A stretch of 64,000 bases of DNA from Spirochaetia bacterium (GCA_965199955.1 CBDATQ010000001.1:1856001-1920000), one strand, 5' to 3'. Shown: positions 12,692 to 22,752, counted from the stretch's first letter. Translations and numbers: made by a program. The notes: generated by a model not told the origin, from the letters alone.

Positions 12692-13917
12692 CCGCTCGTG
12701 ACGCCCTCCACCGCGCGTTCGCGTCCCCCGGCCGCGAGCAGGCAGACGATCGCCACGACGAAGACGGCGGCGATGATGAGGAAGGCGGCCGAGAAAGATC
12801 CGGTGCGGTCGTGGATCCAGCCGGCCAGGACCGGCGCGGCGGCCATCGAGCCGGTCGCCGCCACCTGCACGACGCCCTGGATGGCGCCGAACTCCTTCAT
12901 CCCGAACGCCTCCTGGACGATCAGCACCAGCAGGGCGCCGAGCCCGCCGAAGCCGAGCCCGAACACGAAGATCCCGGACCACATCGCCGGCGCCGAGGCG
13001 GCCAGCGCCATGATCACGAGTCCCACGGTCTGCAGGGCCACCGACAGGACACAGCAGAGGCGGGCGGTCCAGCGCTCGCTGGCCCTGCCGAAGGCCAGCT
13101 TCGAGCCGATCCCCATGGCCGCGATCACCGCCAGACCGGTGGTGGCCAGCGCCGGGGAGAAGCCCTGCTCGGCGAAGTGCTGGCGAAGCTGGGTCAGCAC
13201 CCCCTGGTAGGTGAAGGTGGCGGCGAACAGGCCGCAGAGAATCAGCCAGAAGCGCCGCGTGCGCAGCGCCTGTCGCAGGGTGATGCCGCTCTCCATCAGG
13301 CGGCGCGACTCCCGCGCGGCGCCGCTGCGGCGGGTGCGGTGCATCTCGCGCGCCACCAGCTCCTCGTCCTCGCGGATGATCACCTGCGCCGCCACCGCCA
13401 GCGCCAGCAGCAGGATCCCGAAGGCCAGGAAGCCCCACTGCCAGCCGCTGGCGGCGACCAGGGCGGCGGCCAGCGCCGGCATGGTCAGGCCGCCGACGTT
13501 GTTGCCGGAGGTCACCGCGCCCATCACCCGCCCGCGGGTGGCGGGGAACCAGAGCCCCACCAGCTTGCCCGCCGGCATCACCGTGGCGCCCGGAAAGCCG
13601 GCGTAGACCAGGGCGCTGAACAGGTACCAGTGCCAGAGCGACGTGATCAGTGGCCGCAGCAGGAAGCCGGCGGCGACCAGCAGCAGGGAGATCACCGTCA
13701 CCGGCCGCGCGCCCCAGCGGTCCATGGCGCGGCCGGCGAAGGGCGCCACCAGGCCGGACACGACCGCCAGCGAGAGCGACAGGTTGAGGGCGGTCTGGCT
13801 CCACCCGAAGGCCTCGCGCAGCGGAGCGGCGAACTCGCCGAAGGCGTACTGGCTGGTGCCGATGGTGAGCCCCGTGGAGAGGAAGGCCACCACCGCGATC
13901 GGGTAACCGCGGTACAA
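12688..13917 (-). CDS. MFS transporter
   Basis: About 12 hydrophobic segments; motif A GRAMDRWGARPV. Confidence 0.92.
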   Translation of the reverse strand: MYRGYPIAVVAFLSTGLTIGTSQYAFGEFAAPLREAFGWSQTALNLSLSLAVVSGLVAPFAGRAMDRWGARPVTVISLLLVAAGFLLRPLITSLWHWYLFSALVYAGFPGATVMPAGKLVGLWFPATRGRVMGAVTSGNNVGGLTMPALAAALVAASGWQWGFLAFGILLLALAVAAQVIIREDEELVAREMHRTRRSGAARESRRLMESGITLRQALRTRRFWLILCGLFAATFTYQGVLTQLRQHFAEQGFSPALATTGLAVIAAMGIGSKLAFGRASERWTARLCCVLSVALQTVGLVIMALAASAPAMWSGIFVFGLGFGGLGALLVLIVQEAFGMKEFGAIQGVVQVAATGSMAAAPVLAGWIHDRTGSFSAAFLIIAAVFVVAIVCLLAAGGRERAVEGVTSG

Positions 13918-13928
13918 GGGGGTGCGGG

Positions 13929-14069
13929 TTATCCCGAGCGGATCACGCGGTCGAGGTCCGCGCCGGTCAGGGGCAGGTCGACCCAGGCCGAGCCGCGCTC
14001 GTGCGAGGCGTGCAGCGCCGAGATCACCTCCAGGCCGGCGATGCCGGCCCGATACTTGTGTCCCTTCAC
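13929..14069 (-). pseudogene. 46-aa internally deleted Gfo/Idh/MocA oxidoreductase
   Basis: AAGGAGG RBS; MKGHKYRAGIAGL fused in frame to EVISALHASHERGSAWVDLPL...RSG*. Both ends resemble the termini of the intact Gfo/Idh/MocA at 27982-29076 (MKRYRVGIIGL / SHRRGGAWVDLPL). Confidence 0.8.
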
Positions 14070-14117
14070 GTTCTCGTGACCTCCTTCACGATGCGATCCC
14101 GAGCAGCAGATCGTGCG

Positions 14118-14942
14118 CTAGCCCTTCAGGGCGCCGCTGACAAGACCGGATTGAATGTGTCGCTGCAGAAACAGATAGAGCACCATGATCGGTACGACGA
14201 CCAGTGCCAACGTCGCCAATATCAGGTTCCACTGCAACGCATACCGCCCTGCATATTGCACTACCGAGAGCTGCAGCGTCATCAGCCTTGGTTCCTGAAG
14301 CAGGAGCAGCGCCAGGATGAAGTCGTTCCAGATCCCCAGGGCGTTGATCATGACGGCCGTCACGGTCACCGACTTGACCAACGGGAACACGACGGAGAAG
14401 AAGGTCCGAATCGACCCGGCCCCCTCCATCGAAGCCGCCTCCTCGAGCTCCATCGGGATCTGCACGAAGAACCCTCGATACAGATAGATCGTGAAAGGAC
14501 ACAGCAACGCCGCCGCCACGATGATGAATCCGAACCTCGAACCGAGGAGACCGGCCCATCCGACCACCTGCACGAGCGGTATCATGATCGTCTGAAACGG
14601 CAGCATCATCGAAAGGACGAAGAACAGGAGCAACCACGTCGTCAGACGTGACATCGACCGCGCGATACGATAGGCAGCCATCGCCGAAAACAGGACCACC
14701 ACCGCGACCCCGCCACAGGTGACGATCACCGTATTCACCAGTGCGCGGAAATAGCGCATGTTCTTCCAGGCGAGAGCGTAGTTCTCGATATTGATCGCGT
14801 TGGGAAACGCCAGGAAGGACTGGAACATCTCCGCCTGCGATTTGAACGTATTGATCAGAAGAAAGAATATGGGCACGAAGAAGATCAAGCCGACGACGAG
14901 AGCCGCCAACTCCAGGCTGCCTCGCTGGATTGCCCTGATCAA
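14118..14942 (-). CDS. Carbohydrate ABC transporter permease (MalG-type)
   Basis: TTG start after AAGGAG; EAA motif IPMELEEAASMEGA; ends GALKG. Confidence 0.9.
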   Translation of the reverse strand: MIRAIQRGSLELAALVVGLIFFVPIFFLLINTFKSQAEMFQSFLAFPNAINIENYALAWKNMRYFRALVNTVIVTCGGVAVVVLFSAMAAYRIARSMSRLTTWLLLFFVLSMMLPFQTIMIPLVQVVGWAGLLGSRFGFIIVAAALLCPFTIYLYRGFFVQIPMELEEAASMEGAGSIRTFFSVVFPLVKSVTVTAVMINALGIWNDFILALLLLQEPRLMTLQLSVVQYAGRYALQWNLILATLALVVVPIMVLYLFLQRHIQSGLVSGALKG

Positions 14943-15823
14943 GTGTGGATCTCCTTCGATCGCAGGTACTTCAACTGAACGGCGGTCACTACGAGAACCA
15001 TCACCGCAAACAGGACCGCCTTTGCAGAGCCGGCTCCATATCGGAAGGCCTGCAGTCCGTCCGCGTAGATGTTGTACGCAATGGTGTGACTGGCCTTCCC
15101 GGGACCTCCGCCGGTCAGACTGAAGACGATATCGAACACCTTCAGTGATCCGGTCGTGGTGATGAAGAGCGACGCTATGAATGCCGGAACAAGAAAGGGG
15201 ATCGTCAGACGCATGAGCCGCTGAAACGAGGAAGCGCCATCGATGATCATGGCGGCGCGCAGGTCTTCCGGTATCTCCTGCAGCCCGGCAAGGTAGATGA
15301 TCATGACGAACCCAACGCTTCTCCAGAGCTCCGGTACCAGAACGACCAGCACGATGCCGTCCGACAGGTTCAGGAGCGTCTGTTCCAGGAAGCCGATATG
15401 CAAAACCCGGCCGACATCGGGAACGATCGTCCGGTACAGAAACCTCCACAGGAAACCGACGACGATCATGCTGATGACGTTCGGCATGAATATGAGCGCT
15501 CGCGCGACGTTCTTGACGCTGAGCTCCAGGTTCACCAGCAGCGCCAGCAGCAAGGCGAGCACGTTCGTCCACATCACGGCCAGGAGCGCGAAGGAGAATG
15601 TGAACCGGACCGAGCGCAGGAAGTCCTCGTCGTACGTCAGGGCTTCGACGTAGTTCGCGAACCCGATGAACGTGAACGTCTTCTGCAGCCCGTCCCAGTC
15701 GGTCAGGGAATACATGAAGCTCAGGGCTATGGGAAGGAAGAAAAACGCGGTGTACAGGACGAGTATCGGCCCTACGAAGAACACGCTGCTGGCGATGTGT
15801 CTTGTTCTTCTGGTGATGGTCAT
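14939..15823 (-). CDS. Carbohydrate ABC transporter permease (MalF-type)
   Basis: SLTDWDG, GFANY, YLAGLQEIPEDLRAAMIIDGA, LTGGGPG. Confidence 0.92.
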   Translation of the reverse strand: MTITRRTRHIASSVFFVGPILVLYTAFFFLPIALSFMYSLTDWDGLQKTFTFIGFANYVEALTYDEDFLRSVRFTFSFALLAVMWTNVLALLLALLVNLELSVKNVARALIFMPNVISMIVVGFLWRFLYRTIVPDVGRVLHIGFLEQTLLNLSDGIVLVVLVPELWRSVGFVMIIYLAGLQEIPEDLRAAMIIDGASSFQRLMRLTIPFLVPAFIASLFITTTGSLKVFDIVFSLTGGGPGKASHTIAYNIYADGLQAFRYGAGSAKAVLFAVMVLVVTAVQLKYLRSKEIHT

Positions 15824-15842
15824 CGCTGGGAAGGAGACGATC

Positions 15843-15934
15843 AGTAGCTGGTGGCGACCGGTGCCGCCACCAGCTACTCCGCGCTGCGCAACGCCCCGCG
15901 GGGATGCTCCGCTACCCTGATCGTTGCGTAGCGC
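15843..15934. terminator. Two tandem hairpins between the SBP and permease genes (terminator or mRNA stabiliser)
   Basis: Perfect 14-bp stem AGTAGCTGGTGGCG/CGCCACCAGCTACT (15843-15878) and a 13-bp stem with one mismatch (15881-15893/15922-15934). Confidence 0.65.
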
Positions 15935-15946
15935 AGGAATCGTGTG

Positions 15947-17005
15947 TTACTTGAACCAGTTCTCGTAGACGCCGCGTATCGCTTGTTCGGCTGATATTTC
16001 TCCAAGGAAATACTGCTGCATGATGGCACTTCCCTCGGCGCGACCGGCCTCGCTCATGAGTACCTGCGACCACGGAACGATGGCGCCGGCTTCCTTGTAT
16101 CGGAGAACGTCTTCCGCGGCGGGCAACAGCGGCACGTCGACGCCGGTCACGACGGGAATCTCCTTGAACAGCTCGCTGTACTTCGTGTTGCCTTCAACGG
16201 AGGTGACCCAGTCGAGAAACCCGATCGCTTCGTCCCGATGCTCTGTCTGTGCCCCGACGCCCAGGCTCACACCGATGTTCGCCGACAGCCTGGCATCTTC
16301 GGGATTCTCCGAATAGGGAACGGCCGCGTAGCGCATGTTCACGTCGGGGTTCAGTCCCAGTACGTGGTTGAGTGCCCACGTGCCCATTTGAATCATGGCC
16401 ACCTGCTCGGTTGCGAAGTGGTTGATGAAGGTGCCGTAATCGCTGCCTTGCGATTCATCGAGCGAGTTGTCGAACTGCAGGTCGATGGCCCTCATGGCCA
16501 GCAAATGCTCTTCGAGCAGGATGTCCCCGGTCGCACCGTCACTCGCGAACTGAAAGACATCCGGTTGGACAGACGCGATAGCCGTGTAGAACATCTGTCC
16601 GTGAGTCCAGGCCTCCAGTCCCGCTACGCTGAAGGGCGTGAACCCGGCGGCACGCAGCTTGTCGATCGCGTCTTCGAGTCCGCTGATCGTCTTGGGGAAT
16701 TCATCGATACCGGCTTGATCGAACATGGCCCTGTTGTACATGATCCCCATGGCTGCGAAATTGGTCGGCACGCCGTAGATGTTTCCGTCAGGGGCGGTCA
16801 TTTGCGGAAGGACGGCTTCGTCGAAGTGACCGATAAGGGGCAGTCCCTTCAGGTTCACCATGTGCCCTGCCTTCCCCAGATCATAGAGACCCTGGTACTC
16901 TCCCATGACGATATCCGGCATGGTGTTCGATGCGATCCTGGCGGTCAGACTACCGAAGAAGTCCGCCGCAGGAATGATCGTCTCCACGGTGACATTCGGA
17001 TGCAG
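15947..17005 (-). pseudogene. Sugar ABC substrate-binding protein (SBP_bac_1) lacking its signal peptide
   Basis: HPNVTVE...IASNTMPDIV...DGNIYGVP...IMYNRAMFDQAG. RBS AGGAGG (17016-17011) is followed directly by CTG-CAT-CCG, with an in-frame TAG at 17017-17015. Confidence 0.75.
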
Positions 17006-17164
17006 TAAGTCCTCCTATCGGGCAGTCACGGTTTGGATTTCTGGAGATGGTCCCAATTTACTGGACGCCTCATTCGGCAGGTTAAGGTGTGGTCGGTTGG
17101 CTTGTCAACCTGCCCGTCGCTCGGGTAGTGTCGCAGTCATGGATCGCTCCCTCGGTCGGTATAG

Positions 17165-19069
17165 ATGACACGACGAACCTCAATTCATGCAGTCCCTGCC
17201 ACCGAAGTCGCGTTGAAGACGGGGATGTGGGCCACGCGCGTGGCCGTCAACGGGGAGCGGACCGTACCCTATTGCCTGTCGCGTTGCGAGGACACGGGCC
17301 GCCTGCGCAACTTCGATGCTGCAGCCGCGGGGGACCGATCGCTGTTCGAAGGCCTGCACTTCAACGACTCCGACGTCTTCAAGACGCTGGAGGGAGTCGC
17401 CACGGTCCTTGCGCAGACACGGGATCCGGACCTGGAGCGCCAGGCGGACGAGCTGATCGCGCGGATCGCCGCGGCGCAGGAACCCGACGGCTACCTGTAC
17501 ACGATTCGAACCTCCGGGGCGCACGTCGGGAGTAAGTCCGCGGGCCCCGCGCGCTGGTCGAATCTGGAACAGGGCCACGAGCTGTACAACGTCGGACATC
17601 TCTACGAGGCGGCGGTCGCGTATGCCGATGCGACGGGCAAGGACAACCTCCTCGCGGTGGCGACGAAGAGCGCCGACTTCGTGGCCGATACCTTCGGTCC
17701 CGACGCGCTGGTGGGCGTCCCCGGCCACGAGGAGATCGAGATCGGCTTGATGCGGCTGGCGCGGAAGACGGGGCGGAGCCGCTATGCCGAGCTTGCCCGC
17801 TTCTTCCTCGACGCCAGGGGAAGGGCCGGGAAGAACGACGCCGGTGGCCCCGACGGCAGCGGCCCCACCGACAACGCTGCATACGCACAGGACCACGTCC
17901 CGGTGCTGGAGCAGAGCGAGGCGGTCGGGCACGCGGTCCGCGCCGGGTACCTGTACATCGCCATGACGGAAACCGCGCTCGGCGCGAACGGCGGGTCGGA
18001 CTCTGACGCGTACGCCGCGGCGGTGCTGCGCCTGTGGCACGACATCGTGGGACGAAAGCTCTACCTCACCGGAGGCATCGGAGCGCGCCCGGAGATCGAG
18101 GGCTTCGGAGAACCCTACGAGCTTCCCAACGACAGCGCCTACGCGGAGACCTGCGCTTCCATCGCGCTGGTCCTGTGGGCGCGCCGACTCTTCCTCCTGA
18201 CCGGCAGCGCCGACCACTACGACGTGCTGGAGCGAACGCTCTACAACGGACTGCTCGCGGGGGTCGCGCTCGGCGGCGCCGAGTTCTTCTACGCGAATCC
18301 GCTCGAAGCCGACGGCGTGGCCGGCTTCAACATCGGCTCGGCAGCACGCCAGCCGTGGTTCGAGTGCTCGTGCTGTCCCACCAACGTGGCCCGCTTCATC
18401 GGGACCGTGGACTCCTACATCTTCGCCACGAGCGAAGACTGCGTATACGTGAATCTCTACATCCCTTCCGAAGCGACCGTCGCGGTTGCCGGGGCGGAGC
18501 TGCAGCTCAACCTCGCCACGGAGTACCCCTGGAACGGCAGCATTTCGCTCACGGTCCGGACGGAAACGCCCGTTTGGGCGACCGTCCGGCTCAGGCTGCC
18601 GGGATGGGCACGAGGGCGGCCGGTGCCCTCGTGCCTCTACCGGTACCGGGACGCCAACGCCGATCGTCTGGAGGTCGCGGTCAACCGCGATGCGGTCACT
18701 CCGCCGGTCACCGATGCAGGCTACCTGGAGATCGCCCGGGAGTGGCGTTCCGGTGACGTGGTGACGCTCGGGCTGCCGATGCCGGTCAGATTCGTGGAGG
18801 CCGACGATCGAGTGGAGGCCGACCGCGGCAAGGTCGCGCTCGAGCGCGGCCCGCTGGTCTACTGCCTCGAACAGGCCGACAACGGCGGCGACGTTCGCCA
18901 GCGGACCCTGACCGCGCCGGCGGAGTGGCAGGCCGAACCCCGGCCCGACCTGCTCGGCGGCATCACGGTCCTGACGAACGGCGAGCTGACCGCGGTGCCT
19001 TACTTCGCCTGGGGGCATCGCGGCGCCGGGAGCATGGCCGTGTGGCTGCCGGAGGCGGCGAGTCGATGA
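17165..19069 (+). CDS. GH127 beta-L-arabinofuranosidase-family protein
   Basis: FNDSDVFK, HELYNVGHLYEAAVA, GHEEIE, GHAVRAGYLY, YAETCASI, CSCCPTN (Zn/Cys nucleophile), ERGPLVYCLE. Confidence 0.93.
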   Translation: MTRRTSIHAVPATEVALKTGMWATRVAVNGERTVPYCLSRCEDTGRLRNFDAAAAGDRSLFEGLHFNDSDVFKTLEGVATVLAQTRDPDLERQADELIARIAAAQEPDGYLYTIRTSGAHVGSKSAGPARWSNLEQGHELYNVGHLYEAAVAYADATGKDNLLAVATKSADFVADTFGPDALVGVPGHEEIEIGLMRLARKTGRSRYAELARFFLDARGRAGKNDAGGPDGSGPTDNAAYAQDHVPVLEQSEAVGHAVRAGYLYIAMTETALGANGGSDSDAYAAAVLRLWHDIVGRKLYLTGGIGARPEIEGFGEPYELPNDSAYAETCASIALVLWARRLFLLTGSADHYDVLERTLYNGLLAGVALGGAEFFYANPLEADGVAGFNIGSAARQPWFECSCCPTNVARFIGTVDSYIFATSEDCVYVNLYIPSEATVAVAGAELQLNLATEYPWNGSISLTVRTETPVWATVRLRLPGWARGRPVPSCLYRYRDANADRLEVAVNRDAVTPPVTDAGYLEIAREWRSGDVVTLGLPMPVRFVEADDRVEADRGKVALERGPLVYCLEQADNGGDVRQRTLTAPAEWQAEPRPDLLGGITVLTNGELTAVPYFAWGHRGAGSMAVWLPEAASR

Positions 19070-19935
19070 CGATCGCGCGGTTCGATCCGACGCGAGCCTC
19101 GGGCGACGAACTGCGGCGATCCTACTTCGAGAGCGGGTACGTGCTGGTCCGTGACCTGGTGGACGAGGTCGACCGCGCCGGGATCAGGCGTGAACTGCGG
19201 AGGATCAATCGGGGAGACTACTCGCACTCGCCCATCGAGGGGGTGACCTGGCGCAACGAAATCGAGCCCGTCGACTGGCCCGAGGACGACGAACGGCTCA
19301 TGGGCCGCCACATGTACCTTGGGCAGCCGCATGTCTACAGCGCGGTCGTCCGCGACGCCATGACCCATGCCGGCATCTGCCGCGTCCTGGACCACGTCGT
19401 CGGCGCCTACGTGCCGTTCTGGGATGGCGCCTACAAGTGCATGCAGAGCATGTTCGTGGTAAAGCCTCCCGGCGGCGCCGGCAGCCCGTGGCACCAGGAC
19501 GAGCACCCCATCCCGACGCGCGACCGCTCGCTGACCGGAGTGTGGATTGCGCTGGCCGACGCGACGGTGGCGGATGGATGCCTGTGGATCGTGCCGGACA
19601 GCCACAAGTCGGGTGTCATCTACGAGCGCTACGCCCACGACCTGCCGGACGTCGACAGCAATGAAGTCGCGCGCGGCTTCGACGACGCCGGGGCCATCCC
19701 GATCGAGATGAACGCCGGCAGCGTCCTGTTCTTCAGCGGCTACCTGCTGCACAGCTCGCGCAAGAACCGGAGCGACCGGTACCGCCCGGCCCTCACCTTT
19801 CACTACTGCAGCGCGTCGACGTGGCTGACCTGGGGCGGCGAGCGGAACTACCGCGGCGTCGTGCAGGTACGCGGGGAAGACCCCTATGCCGACCTGGGAT
19901 ACACCACGCCGCAGCCCTGGGTGAAGGAGCGCTAG
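19066..19935 (+). CDS. PhyH-family Fe(II)/2-oxoglutarate dioxygenase
   Basis: PWHQDE, WIALADATVADGCLWIVPDSH, LLHSSRKN. Confidence 0.9.
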   Translation: MTIARFDPTRASGDELRRSYFESGYVLVRDLVDEVDRAGIRRELRRINRGDYSHSPIEGVTWRNEIEPVDWPEDDERLMGRHMYLGQPHVYSAVVRDAMTHAGICRVLDHVVGAYVPFWDGAYKCMQSMFVVKPPGGAGSPWHQDEHPIPTRDRSLTGVWIALADATVADGCLWIVPDSHKSGVIYERYAHDLPDVDSNEVARGFDDAGAIPIEMNAGSVLFFSGYLLHSSRKNRSDRYRPALTFHYCSASTWLTWGGERNYRGVVQVRGEDPYADLGYTTPQPWVKER

Positions 19936-20766
19936 TTAATCGAGCACGGTCACGCGGCGATCGGTCGCGCCCTCGGCGCGGTGCTGGAACAGGGTGCGGA
20001 CGGCCGGGGGAAAGGCTGCGTAGGCATCGCGCGGGACGATCGAGCGGTTGCGGCCGCCGTACTCGGCGCTCAGCCACCACGGAGCGTAGCGCACGACCAT
20101 GGCGACGCGGTCCTCGCGCGATGGGTTGTGCGCGTTCGAGTGCCAGATACGGGAATCAATGACGACCACGTCGCCGGCATCGCCGGCCATCTGCACTTCT
20201 CCCGGAAGGGGGCCGAACTCGTCGATCCCGTCGGACGGGCCGCGCGGGTTCTTCGGATTGCGATGGGTGCCGGGCACGACCCACGTCCCGCCCGAATCGG
20301 GGCCGTGCGGCGACAGCATCCACACCGTCGTCAGCGCCATGGTGAGGTCCGGAAATGGCTGCCGGATGGAGCCGCCCCGCTCGTTGTCCTTGAGATCGTG
20401 GGGCCAGTCGGAGTGCCACGAACGATAACCCGCGTTGTCATCAGCCGCGGGGCGGAACTTGAACTCGATCTGAGCGATACGGACCCGGGGGTGGAGCGCG
20501 GCGCGCGCGATGGCCAGGATCCGCTCGTCCGCCAGATGGGCGGCAAACCCGGGTACGTACGCCGCGACGTTCTTTCCCGGACCGCCGCCCGCCGTCTGCT
20601 GGAACGTCAGGTTGCCGCCGACCGCCGCATATTCGCGCTGAGCGGCCTGCCGGCCGTGGACGACCTGCTCGCGCAGCGCCGCGATCCGATCGGGCGGAAT
20701 GACGGCCCGCACGACGCAGTATCCGGCCGCGGCGAGCTGGGCCAGTTCCCGCTGAACCTCAGCCAC
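19936..20766 (-). CDS. PhyH-family Fe(II)/2-oxoglutarate dioxygenase
   Basis: WHSDWP, GGTWVVPGTH, RIWHSNAHN. Confidence 0.9.
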   Translation of the reverse strand: MAEVQRELAQLAAAGYCVVRAVIPPDRIAALREQVVHGRQAAQREYAAVGGNLTFQQTAGGGPGKNVAAYVPGFAAHLADERILAIARAALHPRVRIAQIEFKFRPAADDNAGYRSWHSDWPHDLKDNERGGSIRQPFPDLTMALTTVWMLSPHGPDSGGTWVVPGTHRNPKNPRGPSDGIDEFGPLPGEVQMAGDAGDVVVIDSRIWHSNAHNPSREDRVAMVVRYAPWWLSAEYGGRNRSIVPRDAYAAFPPAVRTLFQHRAEGATDRRVTVLD

Positions 20767-21169
20767 GGGCCGACTCCATGCATGGCAGTTCCGTCGCGAT
20801 GGGCAGCGAGGGCGGGCCGCCGACGTGGACGACCAGGTCGCCGTCCTCGACCGTGACGGGATAGGTCGTCAGCCTGCGGCCGGGATCGATCAAGTTGCGG
20901 CCGGTGGTGATGTCGTACTCCCAGCCGTGCCACGGGCAGCGCAGCACGCGGCCGTCGAGCCCCCTGCGGTACTGGCCCGGCTCGGACGGGAGGTAGGTCG
21001 CGCCGATCTCGCCCAGGCACACCGGCGCCTGATTGTGCAGGCAGGAGTTGCGTAGCGCGTGGAAACGGCCCTCCACGTTGAAGATGCCGATGCTGCGTCC
21101 TGCGACCGTCACCACGCGCCGCCCGCCGGGCGGGATGGCGTCCGCCGGGCCGACCACGTGGCGCGCCAT
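20759..21169 (-). CDS. Rieske [2Fe-2S] ferredoxin
   Basis: CLHNQAP and CPWHGWEYD motifs; ATG at 21169 overlaps the upstream stop. Confidence 0.92.
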   Translation of the reverse strand: MARHVVGPADAIPPGGRRVVTVAGRSIGIFNVEGRFHALRNSCLHNQAPVCLGEIGATYLPSEPGQYRRGLDGRVLRCPWHGWEYDITTGRNLIDPGRRLTTYPVTVEDGDLVVHVGGPPSLPIATELPCMESARG

Positions 21170-22260
21170 CAGAGCCCGAACAGCCGCTCGGCGTTGCGCT
21201 GGAAGATGTCGGGCCGGTATTCGGCCGGTAGGGCGTTCAGCACGTGCGCGGCGTCGTAATCCCAGTGCGGGTAGTCGCTGGAGTAGAGCAGGCAGTTGCG
21301 GCCGTCGATCATCTCCAGGATCTGAACGAGCAGCGCCGGATCGGGCGGCTCCTCCAGCGGCTGCGTCGTGAAGTAGCAGTGCTCGCGGATCACCTCGCTG
21401 GGCGGACGCTTGACCCACGGAACCTCGCGGCGCAGCGCCCGCCACTCCTTGTCCAGGCGCCACGTCACGTGCGGGAGCCAAGCCACGCCTCCCTCAATGA
21501 ACAGCCACCGCAGGCGCGGGAATTTCTCGAACACCCCCTCCGCGATGAGGCTGATGAGTTGCGTGATGTAGATGCGCGGCAGGCCCGAGTGGTACTCGAA
21601 GAAGGTGCGCGGCGTGCCCACCGGGCTCACGGCAGGCGCCAGCCCGGTGCCGGCCGCGGAGACGTGGATGCCGATCGGCAGGTCGTGACGGACCGCCGCC
21701 TCGTAGATCGGGTGGAAGAACTTCTGCCCGTACGGCGCGGCGGAGGTGCCGCCGATGATCGCCATCACCATGTCGTCGCGCTCGCCGAGCCGTTCGATCT
21801 CGGCTACGGCGGCCTCCGGATCATTGGAGTTCACGGCGATGGAGCCCCGGAACTGCGGGTGCGGGGTGAGCCAGTGCTCGACGGTCCAGTCGTTGAAGGC
21901 GGACATCACGGCGTTGGCGTACTCGGGGTTGGGATGGACGTTCCAGCCGTAGATGTTGCCGGTCAGGACGGCGAGGTCGATGTGGTTCTCGACGATGAGC
22001 TGCCGGATGGTGAAATCCGGGTCGGATGCCGGCGTGCCGCCGTCCGGGGTCACGCTGTCGAGGCGGTTGCGGCCCGCCCCAAGCCCCAGGCCGCCCACGA
22101 TCGAGTTGGCTTCCAGGATCTTCGAGCGCCACGGCTCCTGCAGGTAGGGCTGCAGCGTCTCCCAGTCCGGCAGGCTGTGGTGGACATCGCTGTCGATGAC
22201 CCGGTAGGGACGCCTCCGGTTGGTAATGGTGGTCCGCGGCGATCCGTTGGGCGCCGTCAT
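21169..22260 (-). CDS. Amidohydro_2-fold protein, probable dinuclear oxygenase type
   Basis: VIDSDVHH (DxDxH), IGIHV, FEYH, GVFEKFPRL, IEGG, TTQPLEEP, SSDYPHWD. Confidence 0.85.
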   Translation of the reverse strand: MTAPNGSPRTTITNRRRPYRVIDSDVHHSLPDWETLQPYLQEPWRSKILEANSIVGGLGLGAGRNRLDSVTPDGGTPASDPDFTIRQLIVENHIDLAVLTGNIYGWNVHPNPEYANAVMSAFNDWTVEHWLTPHPQFRGSIAVNSNDPEAAVAEIERLGERDDMVMAIIGGTSAAPYGQKFFHPIYEAAVRHDLPIGIHVSAAGTGLAPAVSPVGTPRTFFEYHSGLPRIYITQLISLIAEGVFEKFPRLRWLFIEGGVAWLPHVTWRLDKEWRALRREVPWVKRPPSEVIREHCYFTTQPLEEPPDPALLVQILEMIDGRNCLLYSSDYPHWDYDAAHVLNALPAEYRPDIFQRNAERLFGL

Positions 22261-22266
22261 GCGGCT

Positions 22267-22272
22267 ACTCTA
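22267..22272 (-). promoter_or_regulatory. -10 box TAGAGT 6 nt before ATG 22260 (leaderless-type)
   Basis: TAGAGT-AGCCGC-ATG with no SD; the box overlaps the vapC stop codon. Confidence 0.55.
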
Positions 22273-22752
22273 TCCCCTTTCATCCGGATCTGTCGGATCA
22301 TCTCCGCCGACTGGCTCCGCTCCCCGATCCTGCTGGTGGTCCCACGGGTTGATCAGTTCCAGCCCACAGTCTTCGAAGTCGGTGATGTTGCGTGTCGCCA
22401 GCGCACACCCGCGGGCGCGCGCGACCGCAGCGATCTGACCGTCGACGACGTTCATCGGACGGCCGGTCTGCCTGCGCGAGGCCATGATCTCACCATAATC
22501 AAGCGCCGCAGCGCGGTCGAAGTCGAGCAGGCGTTCCGAGAACGCAGTGGTGACGAAGCGCTCGAAGCGGTGCTGCAGATCGTATCGGCGGCGGCCTTCC
22601 GGCAGAATACGGATCCCGTACGTGATTTCCGCCATCGAGACCGAGGACAGATGCACGAGAGTCGGTGGTTGGCGGTTCATCCATTGCACCACCGATGCCT
22701 CTGGCGTGGCGCGCATCAACTCCGATACCACGTTGGTGTCGATCAGGATCAC
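22270..22752 (-). CDS. vapC: VapC/FitB PIN-domain toxin
   Basis: ILIDTNVVSELMR, AEITYG, DGQIAAVA, LATRNITDF, INPW; GTG overlaps the antitoxin stop. Confidence 0.93.
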   Translation of the reverse strand: MILIDTNVVSELMRATPEASVVQWMNRQPPTLVHLSSVSMAEITYGIRILPEGRRRYDLQHRFERFVTTAFSERLLDFDRAAALDYGEIMASRRQTGRPMNVVDGQIAAVARARGCALATRNITDFEDCGLELINPWDHQQDRGAEPVGGDDPTDPDERG

